Shown here piece by piece: positions 26,430 to 38,239 of a stretch of 64,000 nt of DNA. The stretch is taken from the NCBI GenBank assembly GCA_020137815.1, contig CM035361.1, forward strand, positions 3,410,001-3,474,000, in the 5' to 3' direction. Position numbers and translations under genes: made by a program. The notes below the pieces were generated by a model. The model did not search any database, had not been told where the DNA came from, and saw only the letters and a program-made list of their open reading frames with translations. Each line of letters opens with the position of its first letter. Position 1 is the stretch's first letter. The stretch is from Hormiphora californensis (Eukaryota; Animalia; Ctenophora).

Positions 26430-26523
26430 TTGTTTAATCAGCCGTTTAATTAGTCGTTTAATTAGTTGTTTAATTAGTTGTTTAATTAGTTGTTTAATTA
26501 GTTGTTTAATTAGTTGTTTAATT
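26430..26523. repeat. 12-bp tandem repeat (TTAATTAGTTGT)n upstream of the RILPL start exon
   Basis: Read directly; about 7 copies. Confidence 0.85.
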
Positions 26524-26591
26524 CCGATACTTGTTGATGATGAAAGAATGTTAACTAATTATTAACTAATTACCGTTCTCCGATTAGCAAG

Positions 26592-29500
26592 ATGATCTCG
26601 GCTAACTCCTTTACCGAGGAGGATGGCTCAAGTTCTGTCTACGACAAACTTGCGGGAATCAGATCTGCCTTCGAAATACTCATCGAAAAGTAAGAAAATG
26701 TGGGAATTGTTTGACAAGTTGAGAAATCTGTGAATTGTTAGGAAATTAGGAAGTTTAAAACGTACTTTGTTGTACAAATCACTGTAAAACGATCCATGAG
26801 AGTGATTTCCTCGTACCTATATTTCCGTCCCCTCTATCACCTGTATATATGAGTCTGTAACATCATACCCTGATCCTGCCATAACCCTCCCTCTCTCCTT
26901 ACACACCTGTGAACAAAACAAAACCAATTTACAATTTAGTTGATGATGCCGTTGATAATAATTCCCTAATTAATTCTTCCTGATAATAAACCTCCCCTTG
27001 TTCCAGATACGGGTATGATGAAATTGCGCTGGCAATGGGCCGAGTTGTGGAGGTCCTGGAGGAATTCGAACAGCTGGCAGCATACAAGAGACAGTCAAAG
27101 TTACAACTGGTCAATTGTGATCTTCGACTGGAGGAGGTTAGTATATATTGATATTTTCACATTTCCCATCTAACTTTCCCTTTACAATGTACATTTGTAA
27201 AGGGCGGGGCACGCGAAAGACGGTCTAGCTAGGCAAGAGGAGGTCAGTACATTTCACATTTTACATCAACTAACAACTTGTTTAGACTGGCTCGTGTCGC
27301 ATTGTCGCAACTCACTGAACACTGAACACGACGATTATATCATGATTAACTTGTTCAGACTCTAAAGAATGGCCTACCAGCTACTGTACATAATAGTTAA
27401 TATCACGGCTAATTTGGCTTTCAGTTTAAAGTGAGAGTGGACCGGGTCAGAATTGGACAAGTTTGTTGTAGGTAGTAGAGAATAGCTCTCTGAGCATTTT
27501 GCCTTTTTGTCGCTCAAAATTGACCCACCCATCACTGAGATATTTTTGTTATGTTGGGAGAATTCCTGCTGGATCAGTATTTACCAAACAGGATAGAAAC
27601 AATTCTTGTGTTTTACTAACACATTCTTAAAATTTTTAATATGCTGGCTTGCATTGCCCTGCTTCTGTGCATGGACAATGGACATGTCAACCTCACTGCT
27701 TATATTCAGAATGTGTTAGTAAAACACGACGATTGTTTCTATTATGTTTTATACATACTGATTAAACAGGAGTTCTCCCAACATAACAAAAATATCTCAG
27801 TGATGGGTGGGTCGATTTTGAGCGGCAAAAACGCAAAATGCTCAGAAAGCTAATCTCTACTACCTACAACAAACTTGTCCAATTCTGATTCGGTCCACTC
27901 TCACTTTAACTTGTAAATAGTCACTGCGGCAGATTCAGTAAACGCCACTGTTTAACGCTATGTACTGGAGCATAGCACGCTCATGGTCACACCCACCATT
28001 GCAATGTCCTCATACCTTATATGGAATAAATACTGAATACATGCAGAAAAGCGTGTCATTATAATTTGGTCACAGTTGCATCTCTCGTGAAACTTTCTTA
28101 CTCTAGCTCACTCCCTTTATCTTCCTCTCCCTCTTTATCTTCCTCTCACTTTAAATATAGCTCTCATCTTAAAATGAGATGAGAGCGTGAGAGAGAGGTA
28201 ATATTAGATGATCTATTTTTCTCTAATTCTCCTCTCTATTCCTATTTCATACACTCTTAGTCTTCTCACAATTGGATGATTTAGCTCGTAAACAAGGAGT
28301 GTTGCCAATCAAAGATTAACTAATTTTCAATTTGACAATTTCACCAACCATTTCCTACGAATTACATTAATTAAACTTCCATTATCAACACTAAAATCTA
28401 CAGCTTTATCCCTTCTATCCGCCCTCCCATCTCAAGTATGATATTATCAGGAGAAGGAATCAAGAGAGCAAGAGGTGGACAACTACCGGTTTCAGGCCCG
28501 ACAACTTCAGGTAATTCTATTGGCACTGCTCCAATTAATTAAATAGAGATTCAACCATTTCTAAACAGGGAATCTTAACTACCCGCCAATTAAACACAAC
28601 TTGTATATTTTTAAAGGAACGGATAGAAGTGCTGGAAAGAAGTAATAGGGAACTGTGTAGACAAATTGCTAACTCTAACAAGGTAAATGATAGTAAATGA
28701 TTATCACTGTGCGCTGGCAATGTACTCTAACAAGCTATCATTGAACACATTAGTTAAAACTTAAATCGTCGTAATTAGTTAACATTTTACATGCTGTTAC
28801 ACTGTCCGACAGCATTGGAAAAAGTATAAGTGATTTATTATTAGCTCGTTACATATATTTAGTCACATCCTCATGATCCAAACTATCCTTTTTCTATTCG
28901 GAAATTATTGTTTTAGGAGGCGAAGAAAGCAAAACCGGTAGTTCCAGACGTATCAGATGAGGCGGATAATGCCATATCAAAGTTGAACGATGTGATTGAG
29001 GTTCAGAACAAACAGCGTGATGAAATGAAACAAGAGTATGAAGAACTCAACCTGGTAATTTATAATTAGTTTTTATTTAAGGTTTTATTTAGTTAATTAT
29101 CATATTGATGCTGAAATATGTCTCTAGCTTAGAAACATTCTCAAGGTTTCTCTCAATTCGGAAACTCAATTCAAACTTCATCTTAGAGCCCTAACACAGC
29201 CCCCTTTCAGTCCTAACACAGCCCCTTTCCAGTCCTAATACAACCTCCCCCCACTTCAGTCCTAACAAAGCCCTATCCTTTCAGCACAGTGAGAGACAGG
29301 CATCACTGATTTTGAAACTCAAAGTGGCCCTCCAAGAGAGTGTACACTCACACCGGACACTACAATCACGAAATGATACTTTGTGTAACGAACTGGCAAG
29401 ATTGGAAGCGCAGATCGCAGAGGTGGGTTGTCCTGATCTATACCGAACAGTGCGTGCTAAACAAAATGTGGGCCACTCAAGTATTTTCCTGGTTTTCTCA

Positions 29501-32500
29501 AATGATATGGGCACTGTTTGTCGTGAATTGCCATCACCAGAGTTAGTCACACTTACTTGCAGTGATGCAAGTGTAACTTATAAATGACAAGGTTTGTCCT
29601 AACTTGCCTAGCTAGACTCTGTTTCGCGTGGGTTAGAACATAACAAGTCCTCACCAGAGCTATATAAAATTGTCACAAGGTGATGTGAATTGTTAGATCA
29701 TTATTACTAGACAGGTTCTGCTCACTAGACGATGCATGACCACTTCATACTCATGTACCACTTTCACACTTTATACTCATGATGTACTATTTCGGTGAGC
29801 ACTGGGCAGTTACATAATCTTCTACACAGTATGATCTGTAGTACTCATTAAGTACATTTCACGCATACATCTTCAAACATAGATCGTATTCTTCTACTGA
29901 GCAATGATCGAGCCAAATCATAAGATTTACCTACGAGTATATTATTAGCATATATTTATCATGCTAATTGCACCCTGCATATCTAATAACAGCTGCATAA
30001 CAGAGAGATTGAGAGTCTATCATTCTCTGTGTTATTGAATTTATTTCTGTTCATTCTGGATTATTCCACGGTGCTCTCTGTTTGTGCTGGTACGTGTATA
30101 TAACTACAGTGTGCGTCCGCCGCATGGTGTGTGTCCACAAATTGAGTTACTATGGGGCAGTGTGTGTGTGTGTGTTTGTGTGTGTGTCTGTGTGTTTGTT
30201 TGTGTGTGTGTGTGTGTTTGTTTGTTTGTTTGTGTGTCTGTGTGTCTGTGTGTTTGTTTGTGTGTGTGTCTGTGTGTTTGTTTGTTTGTTTGTTTGTGTG
30301 CAAGTTATGTAGAAGTGTGAATGGAAGGGGTGTGGTATGATGCTCTAAATATGTAACATTTCGTCATTTTAGCTCCATTTTAGCTCCATTTTAATTGGAT
30401 TAGGTTTACTAAATAGCACATATCAAACCAGTTTTAATATTTCTCTACTGTAATATGCTCTATGGAAGTATTACACTAGCACAACTTGGACCCCAAGCCC
30501 CATATAAACAAGGGCATTATTTAGGAATTAAAATGCGGGAGCTGAGGCCCGTCCTTGTCCTGCGACGGCCGAAGAAAAATATATTTTTCATGATCCTAAC
30601 TTCATTAGTACTTTACCAAATTAATAAACCCACAATGATTAGTTACAATAATTCAGACTCTAGTCCCTTCTTTTTTCAAAAAAGTTTTTTGTTCAAACCC
30701 TCTTTTTTATATTTTGCTGGGTACGGGAACACAGGGTCGAACAAGGCAAAGTTCCTACCATAATATCCAGACATTCTCCCCAATTCAGAATGCCATCATT
30801 TCAACAAATAACGGCTGTGGGTCCTCATCAGCGGATTCCCTCTCCCTCTCCAGTTCCCTGGACAGTCACCATGGTGAACCGGTTGTTAGGGAGCGGAATC
30901 ACCAGGAAGATGATGTCACGATAGCAGAGGCAAAGTTGCAGTACAAGAAATCCGCATCTGAGGTAGGTAGGGAGTGGGGGGACTTGAGAATTATAGGCAT
31001 CCAGGGATAAATAAAGGGGTTCGGGATTGTGCGGATTTCAGGGGGTTTCAGGGGTGGGGGAACTTGTCATTCTCTCAATTACATGCCTCAATAAATTTTG
31101 TAGTGTATAATATCTGCACCTGGCAATACAACCTCATCTAGTAATATCTTGGTAATAACTAATACCCCAACTGTTGACTATACCAACATCTACCCCATCA
31201 CTGTTAAACTCCTAGTTAGTGCCTAGTTACATTAGGGAATCCTTTAAATAGCCCAGTCGGCAACTTTCACCTGCGGTTGGAGGTAAAGGAAAAGAGTACA
31301 ATCACTTTTGCCAAGTTTTACTCACACTGTACATTAGGGGTTGCTATTCTTCAAAATAATTACATGAATCATTGTACATTGTGTTCATAAGATGTTCAAC
31401 TATGAGTATATGAAGTTTCAGCCAAAACCATCCAGCCGCTAAGGATCGCAAGCGGTTTTTGTAAAATAGTGGAAAATTGTAAAAAATTGTAAAAAATTGA
31501 TAAAAATTGATAAAAATTGATAAAAATTGATAAAAATTGTTAAAAATTGTGGTAACCATACCCTCAACATCTGCAGGACTATCTCTGACCTTAACACCGA
31601 AAATTGGCCTCCAGGACACCCCCAATAGCCGGGCAAAGTGATTTATAAGCATAATTTAAAATTTATAAAAAAATATTCCGAATATTTACTAAAATCACCT
31701 TGTAGGGTGTTTATTTAGTGTTCAACTACGAGTATATGAAGTTTCAGCCAAAACCATCCAGCTGTTTTGCTGTAGGAACGGTTTTTGTGAATTGTGGAAA
31801 ATTGTAAAAAATTGTAAAAAATTGTAAAATATTGTGGTAAATAGATGTCACCAGACCGTTAGATGCGATTCGACAGCTGCAGGTCTAGCCCTGGTTCTAA
31901 CAACGGAAATTGGCCCAGAGGACATCCCCATGGACCTGCACAATGATTCATTAGCCCATCTTGAAATTTTTGAAATAGCAACCCCTACTGTACAATGTAC
32001 ATTATTATTACCTACACAGGTAATTCGAGACACGCTATCTGGGTACAGCCCCAAGATGAGGAGAAAGAAAAGCAACAAGTGTCAATGTGAGCAGAGTGGG
32101 TTCAAGTTCAATGTTGATGAGATGACCGTCCTCATCAATGAACGGTGAGTAATTAACCTAGTTAATTAATTAATTCTTCGTCCTGATTCTCAGGCGCTTT
32201 CCGGTACAATTTGTATCTCGTATGGTACACCATATTCAAACTTTTATTTTCCTTGTGTGTGCGGGCATCCGGGTGCAGAAGTTTGAGTATTTGAGTGTTA
32301 GATATTAGGCGTGCCTGTTCTCTCTCTCCGTGCCCCAGAGGGTTAGAACATAACAAGGCGTGTCTCATGTTTTCTCTATTTCATTTTAACTGCTTGTTGT
32401 CTGTCCAAAACCGAGCTAATATAATATGCACTAATAATGTTTTGAGCCTTCTTCCGCGTCTCTACCATAGCTTAGAATAGACTACTACACGGAGAAGACA

Positions 32501-33058
32501 GGGAGAGAAAGAGAGAGAATGTGAATTGTGAGAGTGTAATATGAAATATAATAAGAATACAGAGAGAATGAGCATCTCATGACGCAGTTTTACATGAGAG
32601 GATGAGCCATTATAATTGAAAAATGGGCCACAAATTGAAAAAGCAGTGACAGAAAAGAAAACAACGATTTTATAGCAGTCCTATAATTTTGGCTGAACTA
32701 TGTCATCACTGATCAGCTAAAAAGCAGCCTTTCGAAGCATCCCTGTAAACAACATTTTTTCCCAGGAACATTGCTAAAGAGAAGTTACTTTCGACTGAGG
32801 AGGAACTGGCCTTCTACAAATCACGAGGTATACAGTCGTCTTTCTGTTCAGGCCATGCCAGTTTCAATCAGAATCATGTTTTATCTACCCATTCTACTCC
32901 CATTCATTTTAGTAATTTCTAATTCTACCACCCCCCCCTCAGAAACAGAGGTGGACGGTGCGAGTGATCCAGTTACTGAGGAAGGGTTTGCAATTCTTGA
33001 TGCCCCACCCACCGTAACAACACTCCTGACCAGGACACTCTTTCCCAGCAAGAAATGA
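26592..33058 (+). CDS. RILP/RILPL-family Rab effector / dynein adaptor (RH1, coiled coil, RH2), about 368 aa, 10 exons
   Basis: Exons 26592-26689, 27007-27136, 28451-28510, 28617-28682, 28917-29054, 29285-29422, 30789-30962, 32020-32144, 32766-32827, 32943-33058, all in phase. RH1-like VYDKLAGIRSAFEILIEKYGYDEIALAMGRVVEVLE; RH2-like FNVDEMTVLINERNIAKEKLLSTEEELAFYK. Confidence 0.85.
27430..27905. mobile_element. Kolobok-like MITE with long TIRs, in RILPL intron 2
   Basis: TTAA|AGTGAGAGTGGACCG...CGGTCCACTCTCACT|TTAA; inverted arms of about 200 bp. Confidence 0.8.
29189..29284 (+). repeat. Four tandem branch point/pyrimidine/CAG units before RILPL exon 6
   Basis: CCTAA(C/T)A..CCC..TTCAG four times, with AGs ending at 29210, 29232, 29259 and 29284. 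Confidence 0.8.
30160..30300. repeat. (TG)n/(TTTG)n compound microsatellite
   Basis: Read directly from the sequence. Confidence 0.9.
31390..31950. repeat. Internally duplicated repeat remnant with (AAAAATTGAT/AAAAATTGT)n arrays
   Basis: GTTCAACTA(T/C)GAGTATATGAAGTTTCAGCCAAAACCATCCAGC at about 31393 and 31720, each followed by AAAAATTG arrays. Boundaries are unclear. Confidence 0.5.
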
Positions 33059-34189
33059 GGTCAACATTTGGGGAGGCAGCCTGGGTGAGAGTCTGAAACA
33101 TCAAACAGACATCACCTGAATGGGAACTGTGATTCTCTGACCTGAATTTAATCCAGAATAATGGGAATAATGTGATTTTCAATATATCTGATGAGTTCGA
33201 TTCAAATATTGGGACAATCGAGCATTATATTTTGTTGGAAGTGATTCAACTAAAAATAATCAGTGAAAATACAAACTGTAAAAACTTTGCGTGTGTGTTT
33301 GTGTATATACGTAATTTAGTGTTTTAGTGGTTTAGCAAATATATGCATTTCAGAAAGAGAGAGAGAAAAAAAGGAGAGTGAAGCCGGAAGGAGAGAGAAA
33401 GAGGGAGAGAGAAAACTTTTCTCAGAAAAGGGGAGATTGACAGTGTATGAGAAAAAATAATATATGAGAATATGAATACTAGTGAGAAAAAATGTGGAAG
33501 ACTAAGTGGTTAACGATCGTAACTGTTTTAATGATGTTATATTTGTTTTTAATGTTTTCATTAATTAACGCCTTTTAGTTAAACTAATAATAGTTTGCTG
33601 TCTAAATAGCATTGGTGCAGCAATGTTGGGTTCAGGGTTGTTTTGTTCAAACCTAAGACGAGGAGATAGTGTCGAGCCTGACAGGCCCGCCAGTGCTCGC
33701 TTGGGAATATGGTAAGGCAATATCATATGCTTTGACAGGGTCGAGCAAGTTGTCTGTCTCGGGGGAAAAAACAAATTGACGGATTCTCATTTCATAACTT
33801 GGTGGAACGCGCGATGTGTTTGTTGTAGAGTTCTCTGCGCGCAAACGGAGCGTGGGAACTGGACCGTGGGAAAAATGAACGAAGACTGATCATGATTCGA
33901 TCATCTCGACCCCGTTTTGATTCTGCGCTCAAATCGGGTCGGTGCCGCCGGACAGATCATTCATGCAGCAGGCATCAAATATGACGGAGCACCACTGTCT
34001 TTGTCCCTTTCCGGTGTGAGAATTGGGAGACCGGACAATGAACCCATAATTTTGTAATCGAAGTTCAAAAATGTTATTTTGGTGGACCACTAACGGTAAA
34101 TTCAAATAACGAGAATTAATGAAAGTGTTCACAGAAAACTCAAAATCGAACTCTTCAACTCTATAAATTAAAATAATTATAATAAGAAT

Positions 34190-34678
34190 TGAGATCTGAT
34201 AAGGATTAAGGGGCGAGACACACTGAAGTTGGGCGCGCTCGTTCAAATCTCAACCTCGCGAAACACACTGAAGTTTGAAGTTCGAAGTTTCGCGAAAACC
34301 CATTTTCGGCTGAGAAATCATTCGTAAGAGGCTAACTTGTCTACTGGTACATCTCTCGAGGTGTCCTTTGTCCATAACGAGTCAATTTCACCGTTTTTGA
34401 AATTTTTGGCTAATCCGGTCACAGTTGTCCCAATTCACCAAAAATTTTAAAAACGGTGAAATTGACCCAGTATTGATAAAGGACACCTCGAGAGATGTAC
34501 CAGTAAATAAACTAGCATCTTACAAAAAATTTCTCAGCCGAAAATGGGTTTTCGCGAAACTTTGAACTTTTCCGCGAAACTTCGAACTTCGAACTTCAGT
34601 GTGTGTCGCGAGGTTGAGAGTTGAACGCGCGCGACCAACTTCAGTGTGTCTCCCCCCTAAAATCCTGATCAGATCTCA
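34190..34678. mobile_element. Long palindromic MITE (possibly Kolobok-like)
   Basis: TGAGATCTGATAAGGATTAAGGGGCGAGACACACTGAAGTTGG ... CCAACTTCAGTGTGTCTCCCCCCTAAAATCCTGATCAGATCTCA; arms longer than 200 bp. Confidence 0.75.
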
Positions 34679-35152
34679 TTATAATAATTAACAAATGACC
34701 CTTCCACCCTGAGATCTGCCCGCTGTATGTTTCCTCTTCAATGCTGTACAGTAGGGCGTGTCGTGTGAGAAAAGAGAGAAACGTGAGAATGCAGCGAGTG
34801 AAGATATTATCTATCTTGTTCCTAAATTAAAATAGTTCCATCTCTCTCTGGGATTCTCGCACACTATCTGAACTTCGCTCTCTCACTTTGACTCTCTCTA
34901 AATAAATAATTTCTCTCTCCAAATCCCAAAAATTCTTGAAAAAGAGCTTTATCATTTGATACTATCAATACATAAAATTGTATACAACTGTTCAGTTCAT
35001 TATAATTTCTCTTATAGAAGAGTATGGTTTCCTCTCTTTCAAGTTAGCACTCTTCCATCCTTGTTGTACTGCACCTGAAAATACCCATGTTAGGGGGTGG
35101 AGCTAAGCAAACAACACATAGCCCAAGCGGGAATTTGGAATCCCAATCGGCC

Positions 35153-35192
35153 TTGGTATCGAAGACACTCTGTTTGCGGCCTTCGTTACCAA
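35153..35192. mobile_element. 40-bp micro-element with a 9-bp TSD
   Basis: TTGGTATCGAAG...CTTCGTTACCAA flanked by CAATCGGCC at 35144-35152 and 35193-35201. Confidence 0.8.
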
Positions 35193-36164
35193 CAATCGGC
35201 CCGGATCACGTCGCGTGTGTCACCCCGCGGTCCCGCCAAGGCCCGCGCGCGGATGTTTTTAGCGCGCTAAACCTATCTTCAGACACATCGCGCCCTACAA
35301 CGACGGGTCTGGGTCTCCGATTGTTAACATTAACATTTTACTTTTTTTACAAAAAGTATAAATAATTCAACAGTCATGGACAACATTGACCAAATTAAAG
35401 CCGTACTACGTTACCTCTGATTGTAAGGATATTCAGTGTCGGTTCAACGCTATCATAGGGTCCAGGATAGACTACCAATCAGTCAATATTGTCGGTCGTA
35501 GAAGAGCGAGTATTTTATCTTTTCCCGCTCTCAAAAGACCTATTTTCTGCTGAGATATTGTAGTGATTGTGGGGTAATACAACTTCTCTCTCAATCTGTG
35601 AGCTTGACCTGTGTGCTCGTTAGTCATTACTGTACAAAGAGAGTGAGAGAGACTGAGACTGAGAGAAGTCAGAAGTTGCCCCATATTCACTAAAAATCTC
35701 AGCGATCAACGGGTCTTTGAAGAGCCGGAAAAACACCTGCCCCTGTTGTAGAAGTACAGTATTGACTATTGAATACACAGGGCAACCCTAGCTAGATAAA
35801 ATAAAATGGGTTTGAACAAAACAAGGCAAGTACAGAGATTACATGCAGAGAGAGAAGATGTATTTGCCCAGTCTAGCCCGGCATATGGTCACTTACAGCG
35901 GTGTTGGAGCTCTTCATTAAAGACAAAATCCTTCAGCTGTGTTTACTGTTCCAAAACGTTATCACGAAAGGACCATATATGGAGTACGCCATACTCACAG
36001 GAGGTCCATAGCAACATTGTTCCCTAAATGCAATATGGTGAGAAAGTTCAATTCAAATTAAGTGAGCATTATAGAGGGAGAGTATACCTTACTCTCGCTA
36101 ATTAAGAAACGCTTTAGGAAGACATTTTTTTATAAGAAACGGGAAATGTGGAAACACATTAAAT

Positions 36165-36710
36165 AAGACACCCCAAAATAAGAAACTCCCCCAAGAAAGT
36201 AAGAAACCCCAAAAATAAGAAACGCAAAAATAAGAAACCCCAAAAATAAGAAACGCAAAAATAAGAAACCCCAAAAATAAGAAACCCAAAAATTAAGAAA
36301 CCCCAAAAATAAGAAACCCCAAAAATAAGAAACCCAAAAATTAAGAAACCCCAAAATTAAGAAACCCCAAAATTAAGAAACCCCAAAAATAAGAAACCCC
36401 AAAATTAAGAAACCCCAAAAATAAGAAACCCCAAAAATAAGAAACCCCAAAATTAAGAAACCCCAAAATTAAGAAACCCCAAAAATAAGAAACCCCAAAA
36501 TTAAGAAACCCCAAAAATAAGAAACCCCAAAAATAAGAAACCCCAAAATTAAGAAACCCCAAAATTAAGAAACCCCAAAAATAAGAAACCCCAAAATTAA
36601 GAAACCCCAAAAATAAGAAACCCCAAAAATAAGAAACCCCAAAATTAAGAAACTCGAAAAATAAGAAAGTAGAAACCCCAAGAATAAGAAACTCGAAAAA
36701 TAAGAAACCT
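36165..36710. repeat. 16-bp minisatellite (AAGAAACCCCAAAA(A/T)T)n
   Basis: Read directly; roughly 30 or more copies. Confidence 0.95.
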
Positions 36711-37153
36711 AATTAGGGGAGGGCCTCAAAAAGCCCTAAAATGGACATTTTTGACAATACAGACCAAATGCGGCAAAATAACGCAATTTAAACTAGGTAA
36801 AATGTTGTTTAGCGGTGTTTAGGCTATTTCGAAGGTGTGGTCAAAATTTCAGCTCTAACGGTTGACAGGTTACGAAATGGTGGCCGGAATAAGAAAGCTG
36901 AGACAAGGGGGTTAAACACAACACAAAACAACTGCAATGAACTGCTTGTGTGTAAACACTCAACAACAACAACAACAACACTCAGAACTGTTGCAGAATG
37001 CAGAGGCCCGTTTCTTATCTCTGTTTTCAAGATGGGTGTGTCGCCCTGCTTTCTCTCCCAATCTCTCTTCAGTCTTCCTATCTCGTCCTCTTTTTCTTTC
37101 TTTATCATTGATGATGTCTGCGTGTGTGTGTTAGAGAGAGAGAGAGAGAGGAG

Positions 37154-38073
37154 TGAGGCGGTGGCGTGAAGCAGTTAGCCCGCGCGTTAGAACCGGCGCG
37201 CGCACGCAGCGCTCAAGTGCCTGACTTGAGCAGAGTGATTTTATATGATTTAACATTGTAACTGATTTATGATAATCTTCACTTCTGATAGAAACAAAAC
37301 AATGAGTTTTAGCTGATCTTCGAACAATCAAAGTTAGCAATCAAAGATATCTAAGTTAACCACCCATTCATCTATTTAGGACCTCTAGGTCGTAACAATG
37401 GCGACGAGCAGTGTGACTATCGAACCATGGAACGGGAAGGCAGAAAATCTAAGAGGGTGGATGGACAGACTCAGCCAACTATTTGTGTTAAACGGGGTCG
37501 TCTGAGGAAAAGAGAGTAGCGAGTCTACTTGTGCAATCGGTCGCGAAGGGTACCATATGCTCGAAGACCTCACGTTCCTGAACAACCGTCTACTAAGCAT
37601 TCAAACAGTTACAGACCCGCTACAAGAAGGGGTAATGCCCAAGGAACTCATCATCGCAGAGAGGGCAAAGTTTTATGTGGTGATCAGGCGCCGAAACGAA
37701 GACATGCTCGAATTTAGTAACAGAGTGAAAGGACGAGCGGCAACCTGCGCATCCCCAAGGAGTTTTTAGATCAAGCACTAAGAGATCGGTTGATCTGTGG
37801 TCTGCATAATGAAAGAGTACGAGCACTCCTACTGGCAGAGGACGCGGGAATGACCTTTAAGCAAGCTTTGGAGAAGATTACTGTGAAGCAGACTGCGGGA
37901 GAAGAAGCAAGGAAGCTAACAGTGCAGATTAAACCCACCATGAAGAGTGAGGTGTTCGTAGTGAACAAGCAGGCTCCTCCAGCTTGGAAGGACGTCCGAT
38001 GACAGAAATGCACCCTGAAAGGGCACATGCAGAGTCAATGCCACACAAAATGTCACAACTTGGAGGAGACGGA
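37154..38073 (+). mobile_element. Decayed, 3'-truncated copy of the Gypsy element (LTR 37154-37397, PBS, frameshifted gag)
   Basis: Near-identical to the reverse complement of 57300-58218, with many small indels. Confidence 0.9.
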
Positions 38074-38239
38074 CCCCCCCCCACCCCCCCAACAAATTAA
38101 CAAAAAAAAAAAAAAAATCAACAATAAAAAAAAAAAGCTATACCACACCCTTGTCCCCGAGGGTGCCGATAAATCGGGGTTCCGACTGTATATGGTCTTT
38201 GTTTTAACATGCATTGTTTTACCATAATTCGTGGCCACT

